Of a stretch of DNA of 64,000 nt, positions 54,832-64,000 are shown in pieces. The notes under the pieces were generated by a model that was not told the origin of the DNA, ran no database searches, and was given only the letters and a program-made list of their open reading frames with translations. The translations under genes were made by a program, and so were the position numbers. The stretch is from a virus (lineage: Duplodnaviria; Caudoviricetes), in IMG/VR virus record IMGVR_UViG_3300049142_000060, positions 7,652-71,651 of that record. One strand, 5' to 3'. Numbering within the stretch: position 1 is the stretch's first letter; each line of letters starts with the position of its first letter.

Positions 54832-55077
54832 ATGGTGCGCAGGAGCTTCATCCAGGACGGCAAGACCTACTCTGACGCCCCCGCCGGTTGGCTCAAGGCT
54901 CACAAGGACGAGTGGGACGGCAAGGTCAAAGCCCGAGGTCACAGGCCCGTCTGGCGCAAGACCAACGCCATCACCTACGAAGCCGAGTGTCGGACCTGTG
55001 GCGGACACATGGCGTGCGGGACCTGGGGGAGCCACACGGCCACGGCAATCGACCTGCGCAGCGCCCGTTGCGCCTGA
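54832..55077 (+). CDS. small Zn-binding protein
   Basis: GAGGAGG RBS; ECRTCGG. Confidence 0.55.
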   Translation: MVRRSFIQDGKTYSDAPAGWLKAHKDEWDGKVKARGHRPVWRKTNAITYEAECRTCGGHMACGTWGSHTATAIDLRSARCA

Positions 55078-55134
55078 CCCCCTCTGGCCCGGCTTCTGCC
55101 GGGCCAGCCCCTACCTCCTGAGGAGAACCGACCG

Positions 55135-55350
55135 ATGTCTGTGACTCTGACGCAGAGGCCGATCTACACGATCGCCTGCGACCACAAGCCGGAGTGCGAG
55201 GCCACCTTTGAGGCCGAGAACGACTTCGACCGAGGCAGCGAGAACAGGACCCGTCACGCCGCCCGGGAAGCCGGATGGGACGTCCCTCCCGTACGAGGAG
55301 CGGGTTCCCGCTCGCCGTACGACTTCTGCCCCGCACACAAGCGCCGCTGA
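55135..55350 (+). CDS. small Zn-ribbon protein
   Basis: CDHKPEC...AGW...FCPAH. Confidence 0.6.
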   Translation: MSVTLTQRPIYTIACDHKPECEATFEAENDFDRGSENRTRHAAREAGWDVPPVRGAGSRSPYDFCPAHKRR

Positions 55351-55446
55351 CCTTCCCGGCTCTCCTCTCCCGCGATCTCGGCGGGCGTGCTTCGGAAGCA
55401 GGGGAGGGCGCCAAGACCAGACCCCCGACGACCAAGGAAGGCGACG

Positions 55447-55719
55447 ATGACCGACGACCTCACCACACAGGAGCGTGACGCGCTCGCCGCCACGCTCGGC
55501 GACGACGACAGCCATCAGGAGTGGACGTACGAGTACGCCGTTGTCGCCTACAAGCGCGGCAAGCCCCTTGCGGAGGGCCCGTACCCGCGCCACCTCGCCG
55601 AGAAGAAGGCGGAGGACAAAGGCGGTGTGGTCGCCAAGCGCACCAAGACGACCTTCTGGGGCCGCTGGACGGCTTTGGATGCGCCGGACCCGGACTCCTT
55701 CTCCGAGGAGGGCTCCTGA
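55447..55719 (+). CDS. hypothetical protein
   Basis: GGAAGG RBS. Confidence 0.5.
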   Translation: MTDDLTTQERDALAATLGDDDSHQEWTYEYAVVAYKRGKPLAEGPYPRHLAEKKAEDKGGVVAKRTKTTFWGRWTALDAPDPDSFSEEGS

Positions 55720-56060
55720 TGAGCGTCATAGTCTGCGTCGGCTGCGGCCTGACCACAGGCCACCTGGAGACGTGTGCAGGCGGCGGCTACGCAGTTCGTG
55801 AGGAACTGGCCGCCGAGCGCGGGGCCGAACAGGTCCATGAACACGAGCACTGGCGGCTGGACGAGCGCGTGCCAGGCTGCGATTACTGCTTGCTGGACCC
55901 GCCGAGCCTCAGCGTCCGAGTCTCCGACACCGGGCGGCGTGAGCTGGATGAGGCTCGCGAACGATACCGGCAAGGGCGGACCGCCCTGGAGCAGTACGAC
56001 GCCGAACGGTCCGCAATCATCGCCGCCCACCCGTACTCCTCCGAGGAGGGCTCCCGATGA
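55719..56060 (+). CDS. hypothetical protein
   Basis: CVGCG...CDYC; coupled. Confidence 0.45.
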   Translation: MSVIVCVGCGLTTGHLETCAGGGYAVREELAAERGAEQVHEHEHWRLDERVPGCDYCLLDPPSLSVRVSDTGRRELDEARERYRQGRTALEQYDAERSAIIAAHPYSSEEGSR

Positions 56061-56290
56061 GACGCACGCCCAGCACGGACAACCAGGCAGAGATCGCATC
56101 CCGGTTCGCCAGGACCGGCAAAGACGACCCGACGATCGCGCGGGTCCTGGAGTGCTCAGTCAGCCACGTCCGGGCGCTCCGCAAGGAGTACGGAATCGAC
56201 CCGGGCGAAACCCGGTGGCTCCCGAACGGCAGCCCCCTGAACACCCGCTACGAGACGCCGCTGTCAGCCTCCCAGGATGAGGAGGGCTGA
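56057..56290 (+). CDS. small HTH-like protein
   Basis: DPTIARVLECSVSHVRALRKEYGI. Confidence 0.5.
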   Translation: MRRTPSTDNQAEIASRFARTGKDDPTIARVLECSVSHVRALRKEYGIDPGETRWLPNGSPLNTRYETPLSASQDEEG

Positions 56291-56293
56291 CCT

Positions 56294-56527
56294 GTGGCTC
56301 TCACGTTCGACGACACCGCCGGCCTCATGACGAGCAGCCTGTGCGACACGACCGCGACCCGCCAGACGGACGGCCGGTGGACGGTCTCCGGCAGGGACGG
56401 CACCTACGACCGCAACGCCGCGATCACGGCGATGCTGCTGGCCGAGAGGCGCGCTGCAGGAGCGGGCGCCGATGACGTGTTCGTGCAGGGCTGGGAAGCC
56501 GAACTGAGGGAGGCCGGCCGTGGCTGA
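56294..56527 (+). CDS. hypothetical protein
   Basis: RNAAITAMLLAE motif. Confidence 0.55.
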   Translation: MALTFDDTAGLMTSSLCDTTATRQTDGRWTVSGRDGTYDRNAAITAMLLAERRAAGAGADDVFVQGWEAELREAGRG

Positions 56528-56873
56528 GCACCGAGAGACCCCCAAGCGCATCCAGCGCAAGCGGACCAAAGGCTGGAAGATGCCCGACAACGCCGTCTAC
56601 GTAGGCCGCCCCACTCAGTGGGGCAACCCGTGGCGAGAGGGCGTGACGACGTGGACCCTCCGCCCTGACCGCACCATCGACCGGTCCGGCAAGGTGCTGA
56701 CACGAGAAGACGCTGTCGAGAGCTACCGGAACTGTGTCGCGACCGACCCTGTCGAGGTGGCGCACATCCGCGAGCATCTGGCAGGCAAGGACCTGGCCTG
56801 CTGGTGCCGCCTGGATCAGGCATGCCACGCGGACGTGCTGCTGGAGATCGCCAACGGAGGCCTCGATGTCTGA
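56520..56873 (+). CDS. DUF4326-type protein
   Basis: PKRIQRKRTKGWKMP.NAVYVGRPTQWGNPW...LAGKDLACWC...CHADVLLEIAN. Confidence 0.85.
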   Translation: MAEHRETPKRIQRKRTKGWKMPDNAVYVGRPTQWGNPWREGVTTWTLRPDRTIDRSGKVLTREDAVESYRNCVATDPVEVAHIREHLAGKDLACWCRLDQACHADVLLEIANGGLDV

Positions 56874-57764
56874 CCTTCCTGAGGAGGCCGTACAGGCTGG
56901 CGCTGAGGCGTGGCGGGAACGCGCCGAGACCGCCGAATCCGCCATCGCCCACGTCCGTCACGTCTGCCACCAGGCGATGGCAGAACCGGACGCTCCCGGC
57001 ATGTGGCTGGTAGCGCAGCGGGTCCTCGCCGCTCTCGACGACACCAAGCCCGAGACGGGCGATGATGACGGGCATGGCCGAGCCTGATGCGCTCCTCCTC
57101 GACTTCGGCGATGAGGCCACCCGAGAGCACGTGCCCCGCTGCGCGGCCTGCAAGCACCGGTTGCGCACCCCCGGAGTCGCGTGCTCTCGGGTTGGGCCCG
57201 GACTGCGCGTCGAAGCTGGGCGTCGCTCCGCGCCGGCCTCTCCGCATCACCGGAGTCCCGTCCGGCTGGGACGTGGAGGGCCAGATGGACCTTTTCGAGG
57301 ACGAGCGGTAGTCAATACGCCCGATCATGGACACGGCGTGACACGGTGGGATAGTGCACCACCAGAACCACGCTGAACGGCAAGTCCAAACCCTCCACGA
57401 AACCGCAGCCCGACTCGCGTTCCCCGGCTGGACGCCCGGCCCCGACGACTGGACGCACACCTACACCGGCTTCACCCCCGAGGGTGCTCCGTGCACTGAG
57501 GTTGCCGTCTACCGGGGCCGGACCCGCATCCACTACGTGTGCATCGCCGGGGACGAGCTGCAGCCCTTCTGGGCGCGCGTCCTCAACGCCCACGCCGACA
57601 CGTGAGACGATTGCAGCAAATCGCACCGCCCCGACATACGTGAGACGCTCACATGCGAAAGGCGGCCTCCCGCCCACCGGGAGACCGCCCTCGACCCCAC
57701 ACCAGACCCGCCAGCACCCTCTCGCCACAGGTCTCCCACAGCGTAACCCTCGGGGGAGGCCGAA

Positions 57765-58439
57765 ATGTCCGACCACACCTACGCCCACCTTGCCGCCCTG
57801 CGCGACGCACTACCCCACCTCGACGACGCACTCATCCCCGGCACTCCCCGCAGGTGGGCCGAACGGGACCTGACCGCCGAGCAGCGGCAACGCATGGACC
57901 GGCGCGCGGTCGAAGAGCGGGAAGCCAAGCTGGCCAACCTCGCCCGCGGCATCAAAGCCCTCGGTGACGGCCGGGCGCCGCTCCGGCTCGACGTGCTGGA
58001 CGCAATGGCAGACATCGCCGCCTCGGTCCCCGAGCTCGAAGACGCCGTGTGCGAGCGCCTCGGCCTCACCCCACTCGATCGGGCGACCACCGCCGAACGC
58101 ATCACCCGCCTCGTCGGACTGCTCGACCGCATCGACCTCCACGAGGACCTCGCCGAGCACGTCCACGCCGAAGCGCTCCGGCTGCGCCGGCTGGCCACGA
58201 CAGCGATCGGCGATGTCGAGCAGGTGCGCAAGCTGAAGTTCCGTTGCCACATCTGCGACGCCAACAGCATGAGGGCGTTCCCGGAGCGGGAGGTCATCGT
58301 CTGCGTCAACAGCGAATGCCGCTGCGACGACGACGAATGCCCCTGCCAGTGGGAACGCCCAAGCCGCCACCGGTGGCCGTTCGAGCAGTGGCCGTGGCTG
58401 GCTGGCCTGCTCCGCGAAGGCATCGGAGTCGTCGCGTGA
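57765..58439 (+). CDS. putative late regulator / antiterminator-position Zn protein
   Basis: GGAGG RBS; CHICD...CVNSECRC; last large early gene. Confidence 0.55.
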   Translation: MSDHTYAHLAALRDALPHLDDALIPGTPRRWAERDLTAEQRQRMDRRAVEEREAKLANLARGIKALGDGRAPLRLDVLDAMADIAASVPELEDAVCERLGLTPLDRATTAERITRLVGLLDRIDLHEDLAEHVHAEALRLRRLATTAIGDVEQVRKLKFRCHICDANSMRAFPEREVIVCVNSECRCDDDECPCQWERPSRHRWPFEQWPWLAGLLREGIGVVA

Positions 58440-58657
58440 ACGCCAGCGGAGACCTCCTCGACGAGCTGCTGTTCACCGCCGACGAAGCAGCCGAGGAGGT
58501 CGGAGTTGCGGTCGCCACCATCTACGTGTGGGTCCACCGCGGCCACCTCGCCCCCGCGGGAACCAGGGGCAAGCACAAGCTGTACCGGTTGGCCGACGTG
58601 TTCAAGGCAGAGGCGACACGCGACCGAAGTAGGCGGAAACGGGCAATGGCGTGCTAA
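58436..58657 (+). CDS. MerR-like HTH protein
   Basis: FTADEAAEEVGVAVATIYVWVHRGHL...YRLADV. Confidence 0.8.
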   Translation: MNASGDLLDELLFTADEAAEEVGVAVATIYVWVHRGHLAPAGTRGKHKLYRLADVFKAEATRDRSRRKRAMAC

Positions 58658-58702
58658 CCTGATCACTGAAAGATCAGATGGCGTGCGGTAGCCATGCCTC
58701 AA

Positions 58703-58733
58703 GAGCCCCGCTTCGGTGGGGCTTTTCGCATGT
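58703..58733 (+). terminator. hairpin + TTTCGCATGT (copy 4)
   Basis: AGCCCC...GGGGCT followed by TTTCGCATGT. Confidence 0.6.
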
Positions 58734-59052
58734 CACGGCCCTATACGCCGCTAGAGATCCCCATAGACGCGCACTCTCTCGGGAGTGCGCCTGCTCCGCG
58801 CGTTCTCCTCCCCGTGGATCGCGTGTCGAGCCCACCCCGGTGGCGGCCTGGTGGGGTTGAGGGACCTGCGTGCCAGGCCGCCACCACCCCCACGATCGTG
58901 CGGCCCGTCCCCTGGTGCTGGGGGGTTACGGAGGGCGGGCCGTACAACTACCCCGGGCGGCCGACCAAGCCACGACGCCTCGCTTCGGGTGGCCGCCCGG
59001 TCATCTAGCAGACTGCAAGCCGACTGCCAACAACCGCACCTAACGTCGACGC

Positions 59053-59571
59053 GTGGCCGACATCAGCTACTTCGACGCGTGGAGCATGTGGCTGGACGGC
59101 CGCTCCACACTCGGCAACGACCTGCTGGGCGTGTCGATGCTGTGGTGGGGGCGCGGCGGGAAGATCATGGCTTTCGTAGGTGGCCTAACGGTGGTTCTCG
59201 ACCTTGTTGGCCCAGAGCGCATCCGGAAATTCAGCGGAGGCGCCGCTGGGAAGATGAAGCTTTTCGACGGCACTGCCTTGGCTGTTGGTGGACTCACCAT
59301 CCTGTTTGTCTGCGGGATCACGTTCGAAGCGATAAGTCTGGTCGTCATCGCGCTGAGACACTTCGGCATAGAGACGATCTCGGACGAAACCGCCCAGATG
59401 TTTGCCTTAGTGCCGCTCGCGGTCTCGCTAGTGGCGTTGCCGGCGGTCTCCGAGGGGGCTCTGCGAGGAGTGGCCAGAGTTCTCGAAAATCGTCACCTGG
59501 AGCCGGTAGTGCGCTGGCTGGCGATGGTCGTGGCGGCGGTTGGCTTCCACTTTGATTTGCTCGCCTCGTAG
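59053..59571 (+). CDS. multi-pass membrane protein (moron-like)
   Basis: 4 hydrophobic segments; more T/A-ending codons than neighbouring genes. Confidence 0.6.
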   Translation: MADISYFDAWSMWLDGRSTLGNDLLGVSMLWWGRGGKIMAFVGGLTVVLDLVGPERIRKFSGGAAGKMKLFDGTALAVGGLTILFVCGITFEAISLVVIALRHFGIETISDETAQMFALVPLAVSLVALPAVSEGALRGVARVLENRHLEPVVRWLAMVVAAVGFHFDLLAS

Positions 59572-59616
59572 CGACCTGACTCGAATGCCCGTTCGACCTG
59601 TGGGTACGCTGGCCTC

Positions 59617-59850
59617 GTGCAAGACGAGCCGCCCGTAGTCGTACTCCCAGGTCACCCCGCCAAAGCCGGCTACATCCTGGAGTGGCGGCAGCGGTCCGAC
59701 CGCGACTGGGAAGCGCTCGTCGAGTACGTCTTGGACGCCCCCGGCTTCCGGGGCGGCCTCCAGCCCCCGGTCCGCCAGTGGGTCCACGAGTCCCATGTCG
59801 AGAAGGTCCGAGGCGAGGACTACTCCCGAGTGCCACGCACCCGCGCCTGA
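59617..59850 (+). CDS. hypothetical protein
   Basis: 77 aa followed by terminator copy 5. Confidence 0.45.
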   Translation: MQDEPPVVVLPGHPAKAGYILEWRQRSDRDWEALVEYVLDAPGFRGGLQPPVRQWVHESHVEKVRGEDYSRVPRTRA

Positions 59851-59865
59851 CCCCACTCATCATCT

Positions 59866-59895
59866 GGCCCGCCGCCGAGCGGGCCTTCCGCATGT
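59866..59895 (+). terminator. hairpin + TTCCGCATGT (copy 5)
   Basis: GGCCCGC...GCGGGCC followed by TTCCGCATGT. Confidence 0.55.
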
Positions 59896-59922
59896 CTGAA
59901 CACCCGATCCGAGGAGATCCCC

Positions 59923-60564
59923 GTGGCCGTCGAGTCCGCGATCCTGCGCGAGGGCGCGGGAGTCACCAACCTGGTCGAGCTCACCAACCCCAAGTGGGAA
60001 GCACAGCAGCGCCTGATCGAGGCCGCCCGCGAACAGGACATCGCCGTCTGGATCGGGCGCGCCACCGTCGACAAGTACGCCGGCGACTGGAACGCGGCCC
60101 AGATCGACTCTGGTATGGCCGGCGTCCCCTACGAGCGGGTGATCGGCACTCCGCAGCTCCTGACCTACGGCGGCGCGTCCTGCCTGTGGGAGTGCCTGAT
60201 CGGCAACGGCACCACCACTGCAGCGCAGACGCTGACGTACTTCAACAACGGCAACGCCTACATCGGCGTTGGTGACTCCACGACGGCGGCTGCGGCGACG
60301 CAGACGGACCTGTCGGCGTCCTCGAACAAGCTGCGCAAGGCGATGGATGCCACGTATCCGCAGCACACCGACGCCACGACCTCCGGTGCGGCGTCGATCG
60401 TGTTCCGGTCCACGTTCGGCACCTCGGACGCGAACTACGCCTGGAACGAGTGGGCGATCTTCAATGGGTCCAGTGGCGGACGCATGCTGAACCGCAAGGT
60501 CGAGTCGCTCGGCACCAAAGCGTCCGGGTCGTGGGTGCTGACGCTGACCCTCACCCTCGCCTAA
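59923..60564 (+). CDS. putative virion structural protein (tail-fibre-associated type)
   Basis: IGVGDSTTAAAATQTDL...FRSTFGTSDANYAWNEWAIFN...MLNRKV. Confidence 0.65.
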   Translation: MAVESAILREGAGVTNLVELTNPKWEAQQRLIEAAREQDIAVWIGRATVDKYAGDWNAAQIDSGMAGVPYERVIGTPQLLTYGGASCLWECLIGNGTTTAAQTLTYFNNGNAYIGVGDSTTAAAATQTDLSASSNKLRKAMDATYPQHTDATTSGAASIVFRSTFGTSDANYAWNEWAIFNGSSGGRMLNRKVESLGTKASGSWVLTLTLTLA

Positions 60565-60605
60565 CGATCTTGCTGTAGTCACCGCTCGACGAGGGAGGGC
60601 GGGCC

Positions 60606-62531
60606 ATGGCCATCGGCATCGCCACCAGCCCCGCCCTGGTCACCGCGGAGACCTTCACCTCCGCGACCGCCACCACCGCCGCATTCTCACCCGCTGCGAA
60701 CACCGTCCTCGTGGCGATGGTGGTCGCCAGCTCCGACACCAACCCGACGGTGTCCGGCGGCAGCCTCACCTGGACCCGCCAACGGCAGCGCATCGGCACC
60801 CTCTATGTCGAGGTGTGGACCGCGCCGTGTGTCGCGGGCGCCACCAACATCACCATCAGCGCGGGCGTCACCTCCTCGTTCCTCGCGGCGGTCGCCCTCA
60901 AAGTCGACGTCGTCACCGGCGCTGACACCTCTTCTCCGGCCGGCAACGGCGGCACCGGCACCTCAACCACGAACAACGCCACCGTCACCGGCTACACCTC
61001 CAGCGTCTCCGGCAGCCGCGGCTTCATCGCCGCCGGCGACGCCAACGCGCTCGGCACCCCCACATCCACCGACGACGCGTCCGCGTTCGACCTGACCAAC
61101 ATGTCCGGGCTGGCCGCCCGCAAGGCCGCCGACACAGGCAGCGCAGGGGCGTCGGTCTCGTTCAACCTCGACGCCGCCGGAACAGGAGCTGCGGCGTGGG
61201 AGTGGGCGGCATTCGAGCTGAAGCCCGCCTCCTCGGGCACCGACAAGGCCGGCACCGACTCCGCCGCACTCGCTGACGGCTCAGCTCTGGCTGCCGATGG
61301 TGCGACGACGGACTCCGCGACCACGAGCGACACGTCCGGCCTGGCCGCATCGTCGTCCACCACCGACTCGGCCGCGGCGACAGACACCTCGTCCCTCGCC
61401 GCTTCCGCGGCGGCTACGGACTCGCCGGCGCTGACCGAACAGTCTCAGCTCGGCCAGTCCCGCACCGACACTGCGTCGCTCACCGACACCGCTGCGGTGT
61501 CCGCTACGGCCTCGGCTAGCGACTCGGCCGCCTTGTCGGAGTCCTCTCGCGTCGGCGCCTCAGCCACCGACTCGGCCACACTCACCGACACGACTTCTCT
61601 GACCGCCTCACCCGCCGGCAGCGACAGCGCCTCCTTGAGCGACACCGCCCAGGTCCTCCTCGCCAGCGTAGACAGCGCGACCCTGGCCGACACCAGCCAG
61701 ACCTCCGCTTCCCTGCCGGCCGTCGACACCGGCGTCCTCGCCGAGACCGCGACCGTCGCCCTCTCGTCCTCAGACCAGGCCGCTCTCGCCGAGAACAGCG
61801 CGGCGACCGCCTCACTCCAGGCCACGGACGACGCCGCCCTGGCCGACACCGCAACCGTGTCCGCCGCAACCACGGCCTCCGACTCCGCCGCTGTGACGGA
61901 CACCTCCGGAGTCTCCACCGAGGACAACCCCAGCGGATCCGACACCGTGAGCCTCGGGGACAGCGCCACACTGGCGACCTCCAGCAGCGCCGTAGACGCC
62001 GCAACGGCCGTCGACCAAGCCCAACTCCTCGCCGCCCTGGCAGGAGCCGACACAGCCGCCCTCAGCGAGTCCGCGACCGTCGACCAGTCGTCCGGCCCCA
62101 CCTCTGACGACACCGCCACCCTCGCAGACACGAGCAGCCTGGCGGCGGCCCTCACTGGCGCCGACCAGACCAACCTCACAGACACAGCCAACCTGGCGAC
62201 CCAAAACGCCGGCACCGACACCGCAGCCCTGGCTGAAACCGCGGAGCTGTTCATCGGCCCCACCCTCGACGCGGACGACCAAGCCATCCTCGACGACCAA
62301 GCCCAAACAACGGCAGCCCTCGCCCTGTCCGATCAGGGCATCGCCACGTTCATCGCCACGGTCACCGCATCCGACAGCCGAGGCGATCAGGGGCTGCTGG
62401 GCGAATCAGCCAGCGTCCACATCATGGGCGACGAGCCAGAGGACATCGACATCAAAATCGGCCTACCGCAGAGGCACTGGAACGCCGAGACGCCGACAAG
62501 AGCATGGTCCGCCACAGCCCCACAACGTTGA
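60606..62531 (+). CDS. Ser/Thr/Asp/Ala repeat fibre-like protein
   Basis: N-terminal domain paralogous to 10037-10729; more than 20 D(S/T)AxLxD repeats of about 17 aa. Confidence 0.65.
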   Translation: MAIGIATSPALVTAETFTSATATTAAFSPAANTVLVAMVVASSDTNPTVSGGSLTWTRQRQRIGTLYVEVWTAPCVAGATNITISAGVTSSFLAAVALKVDVVTGADTSSPAGNGGTGTSTTNNATVTGYTSSVSGSRGFIAAGDANALGTPTSTDDASAFDLTNMSGLAARKAADTGSAGASVSFNLDAAGTGAAAWEWAAFELKPASSGTDKAGTDSAALADGSALAADGATTDSATTSDTSGLAASSSTTDSAAATDTSSLAASAAATDSPALTEQSQLGQSRTDTASLTDTAAVSATASASDSAALSESSRVGASATDSATLTDTTSLTASPAGSDSASLSDTAQVLLASVDSATLADTSQTSASLPAVDTGVLAETATVALSSSDQAALAENSAATASLQATDDAALADTATVSAATTASDSAAVTDTSGVSTEDNPSGSDTVSLGDSATLATSSSAVDAATAVDQAQLLAALAGADTAALSESATVDQSSGPTSDDTATLADTSSLAAALTGADQTNLTDTANLATQNAGTDTAALAETAELFIGPTLDADDQAILDDQAQTTAALALSDQGIATFIATVTASDSRGDQGLLGESASVHIMGDEPEDIDIKIGLPQRHWNAETPTRAWSATAPQR

Positions 62532-62548
62532 CAAGAGGGGGGTGGGCG

Positions 62549-62857
62549 GTGAGCTGCCAGGACGGCATCCCGGACTTCCCTTCCGGAACCAAGGAGTTCA
62601 TCCACTCCGGCACGATCACCGGCACCTACGACCCGTCCACCCCCGTCTTCATGGCGATCGTCGCCTACGGCAGCGAGCCTGACGACGATGACTGGTACGC
62701 CGCGGCATGGGACGCTGACCGCGGCACTGCGAAAGTCCTCTACGGCGGCGAAACGGGCGTCGGAACGCTCGCTGAAGGCATCTACGACGTGTGGGTCAAG
62801 CCGGTCACAGCCACTGAGGTGCCGCTCATCCTGTCCGGCCCAATCAGGATCACCTGA
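62549..62857 (+). CDS. small structural-cassette protein
   Basis: TKEFI...DDDWYAAAW...LAEGIYDVWVK...EVPLILSGPIRIT. Confidence 0.6.
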   Translation: MSCQDGIPDFPSGTKEFIHSGTITGTYDPSTPVFMAIVAYGSEPDDDDWYAAAWDADRGTAKVLYGGETGVGTLAEGIYDVWVKPVTATEVPLILSGPIRIT

Positions 62858-63375
62858 TGCCCTTCTCCGACAGCCAGGGCAAAGACTGGGCGCGCGAGGT
62901 CTACCTGAAGATCCGACCCGGCCACGTCATCGACATCGGGCCCGGCGCCGGCGCATACGCCAAACTGATGCGCCCTCACCACAGGGCGCGCTGGATCGGC
63001 ATCGAAGCTTGGGGCCCGTACATCGCCGACTACAACCTCGACCAGCTCTACGACGTCGTCCACGTAGCCGACGCCCGCCTCGTCGACTGGACCTGGTTCG
63101 CAGGCAGAGCCGACCTCGTCATCATCGGCGACGTCCTCGAACACATGACGGCCGTACACGCGGCCGTTCTCCTCGAACGGCTCAAGAGGGTAGCGACCAA
63201 CCTGCTCGTGTCCATCCCCGTCCTCCATCTGGACCAGGGCGCCGTGTTCGGCAACCCCTTCGAGCGGCACGTCGACCACTGGACGTACGAGGCGATGCTC
63301 CACGAACTCGGCGCCGGCGTGGTCGACACCTGGCAGGGCGACGTCCTCGCCTACTACTGGTGGCGACGCCCATAG
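62857..63375 (+). CDS. class I SAM-dependent methyltransferase
   Basis: VIDIGPGAGAY; IGIEAW; DLVIIGDVLEHM. Confidence 0.8.
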   Translation: MPFSDSQGKDWAREVYLKIRPGHVIDIGPGAGAYAKLMRPHHRARWIGIEAWGPYIADYNLDQLYDVVHVADARLVDWTWFAGRADLVIIGDVLEHMTAVHAAVLLERLKRVATNLLVSIPVLHLDQGAVFGNPFERHVDHWTYEAMLHELGAGVVDTWQGDVLAYYWWRRP

Positions 63376-63398
63376 GTGTTATCAGCAGGGAGGCGGCC

Positions 63399-63704
63399 AT
63401 GGCCGGCAAGTGGCAGGGCTCCAACCGCAGAACCACACTGCCCCGCAACTGGCCCGAGCTCCGCCAGCAGGTCATGCGTAGGGACGGCTACAGGTGCACA
63501 GCCCTGCAACGCGATGAGGCCCGCTGCCCTGAGCCGGGCACAGACGTCGACCACATCGGCGATCCTAACGATCACAGCCTTGAGAATCTGCGCCTGCTCT
63601 GCTCCTGGCACCACGACCGCAAGAGCTCAGCCCAAGGCAATGCCGCACGCACCAGGCCGCCCTCACTGCGTCGCCCCACCGAACAACACCCAGGACTCCG
63701 CTAG
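63399..63704 (+). CDS. terminal HNH endonuclease (packaging-associated position)
   Basis: RDGYRC...C...TDVDHI...HSLENLRLLCSWHHDRKS. Confidence 0.85.
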   Translation: MAGKWQGSNRRTTLPRNWPELRQQVMRRDGYRCTALQRDEARCPEPGTDVDHIGDPNDHSLENLRLLCSWHHDRKSSAQGNAARTRPPSLRRPTEQHPGLR

Positions 63705-63720
63705 CTGGACAGGAAACCAG

Positions 63721-63951
63721 GTGCCCCTCCAACACATCGGCTCCATCGTCGACAGCCTCGGCGTACAGCTCGACCTCGACGAGGGCGACATCATCACCAG
63801 CACCCTCATCCTCTGCAAGGTCGTACAGGAAGACGGCACGGTCACACTCGGATACGCACACTCCGAAGGCATGTGCTGGATCGAATGCGTCGGCCTCATC
63901 ACCGCCGGCTCCGACATCGCACGCCAAGGCTACGAACAAGACGATGCCTGA
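63721..63951 (+). CDS. hypothetical protein
   Basis: start moved to GTG 63721; LDLDEGDIITS.LILCKV. Confidence 0.55.
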   Translation: MPLQHIGSIVDSLGVQLDLDEGDIITSTLILCKVVQEDGTVTLGYAHSEGMCWIECVGLITAGSDIARQGYEQDDA

Positions 63952-64000
63952 CGCTGAACCGGACAGGGTGGGGCATACCCCTCCCCCCGGTAGGACCCAA

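Larger units (their letters stand above)
1..64000. mobile_element. temperate siphovirus genome (partial; attP configuration)
   Basis: colinear tail-lysis-accessory-attP-int-repressor-replication-HNH order with no host housekeeping genes. Confidence 0.88.

Noticed and set aside
10037-62531. Diversity-generating retroelement (TR/VR) between the two paralogous domains
   Set aside because: No reverse transcriptase in the window; divergence is broad rather than adenine-specific.

Overview
High-GC actinomycete temperate siphovirus genome, most likely in its excised or virion (attP) arrangement. The window starts just after the capsid gene and ends just past the terminal HNH gene; terminase, portal and capsid genes are not in it. 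Layout: head-tail connectors with an embedded GT4 glycosyltransferase, tail tube, chaperones, tape measure and minor tail genes (0-14 kb); lysis (14-17 kb); an 18-kb accessory region (17-35.7 kb); attP carrying the 5' half of a CAT-anticodon tRNA, integrase and immunity switch (35.7-38.8 kb); early, recombination, methylase and replication genes (39-58.7 kb); a second structural-like cassette, a methyltransferase and an HNH gene (59.9-64 kb). The accessory region holds the main surprises. (1) A Ro60/TROVE gene preceded by three tandem Y-RNA-like genes, each displaying a different tRNA anticodon stem-loop (Ser-GCU, Gln-CUG, Asn-GUU); two of them are circularly permuted tRNA bodies. (2) A Streptomyces-plasmid-type TraB/Spd transfer module with an 8-bp repeat array (clt-like) directly downstream of traB. 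(3) A catalytic-only tyrosine recombinase beside a perfect 14-6-14 inverted repeat. (4) A radical-SAM / nucleotide kinase / NUDIX operon. All family assignments come from motif recognition by eye; no database searches were run, and several start codons were moved from the ORF track.
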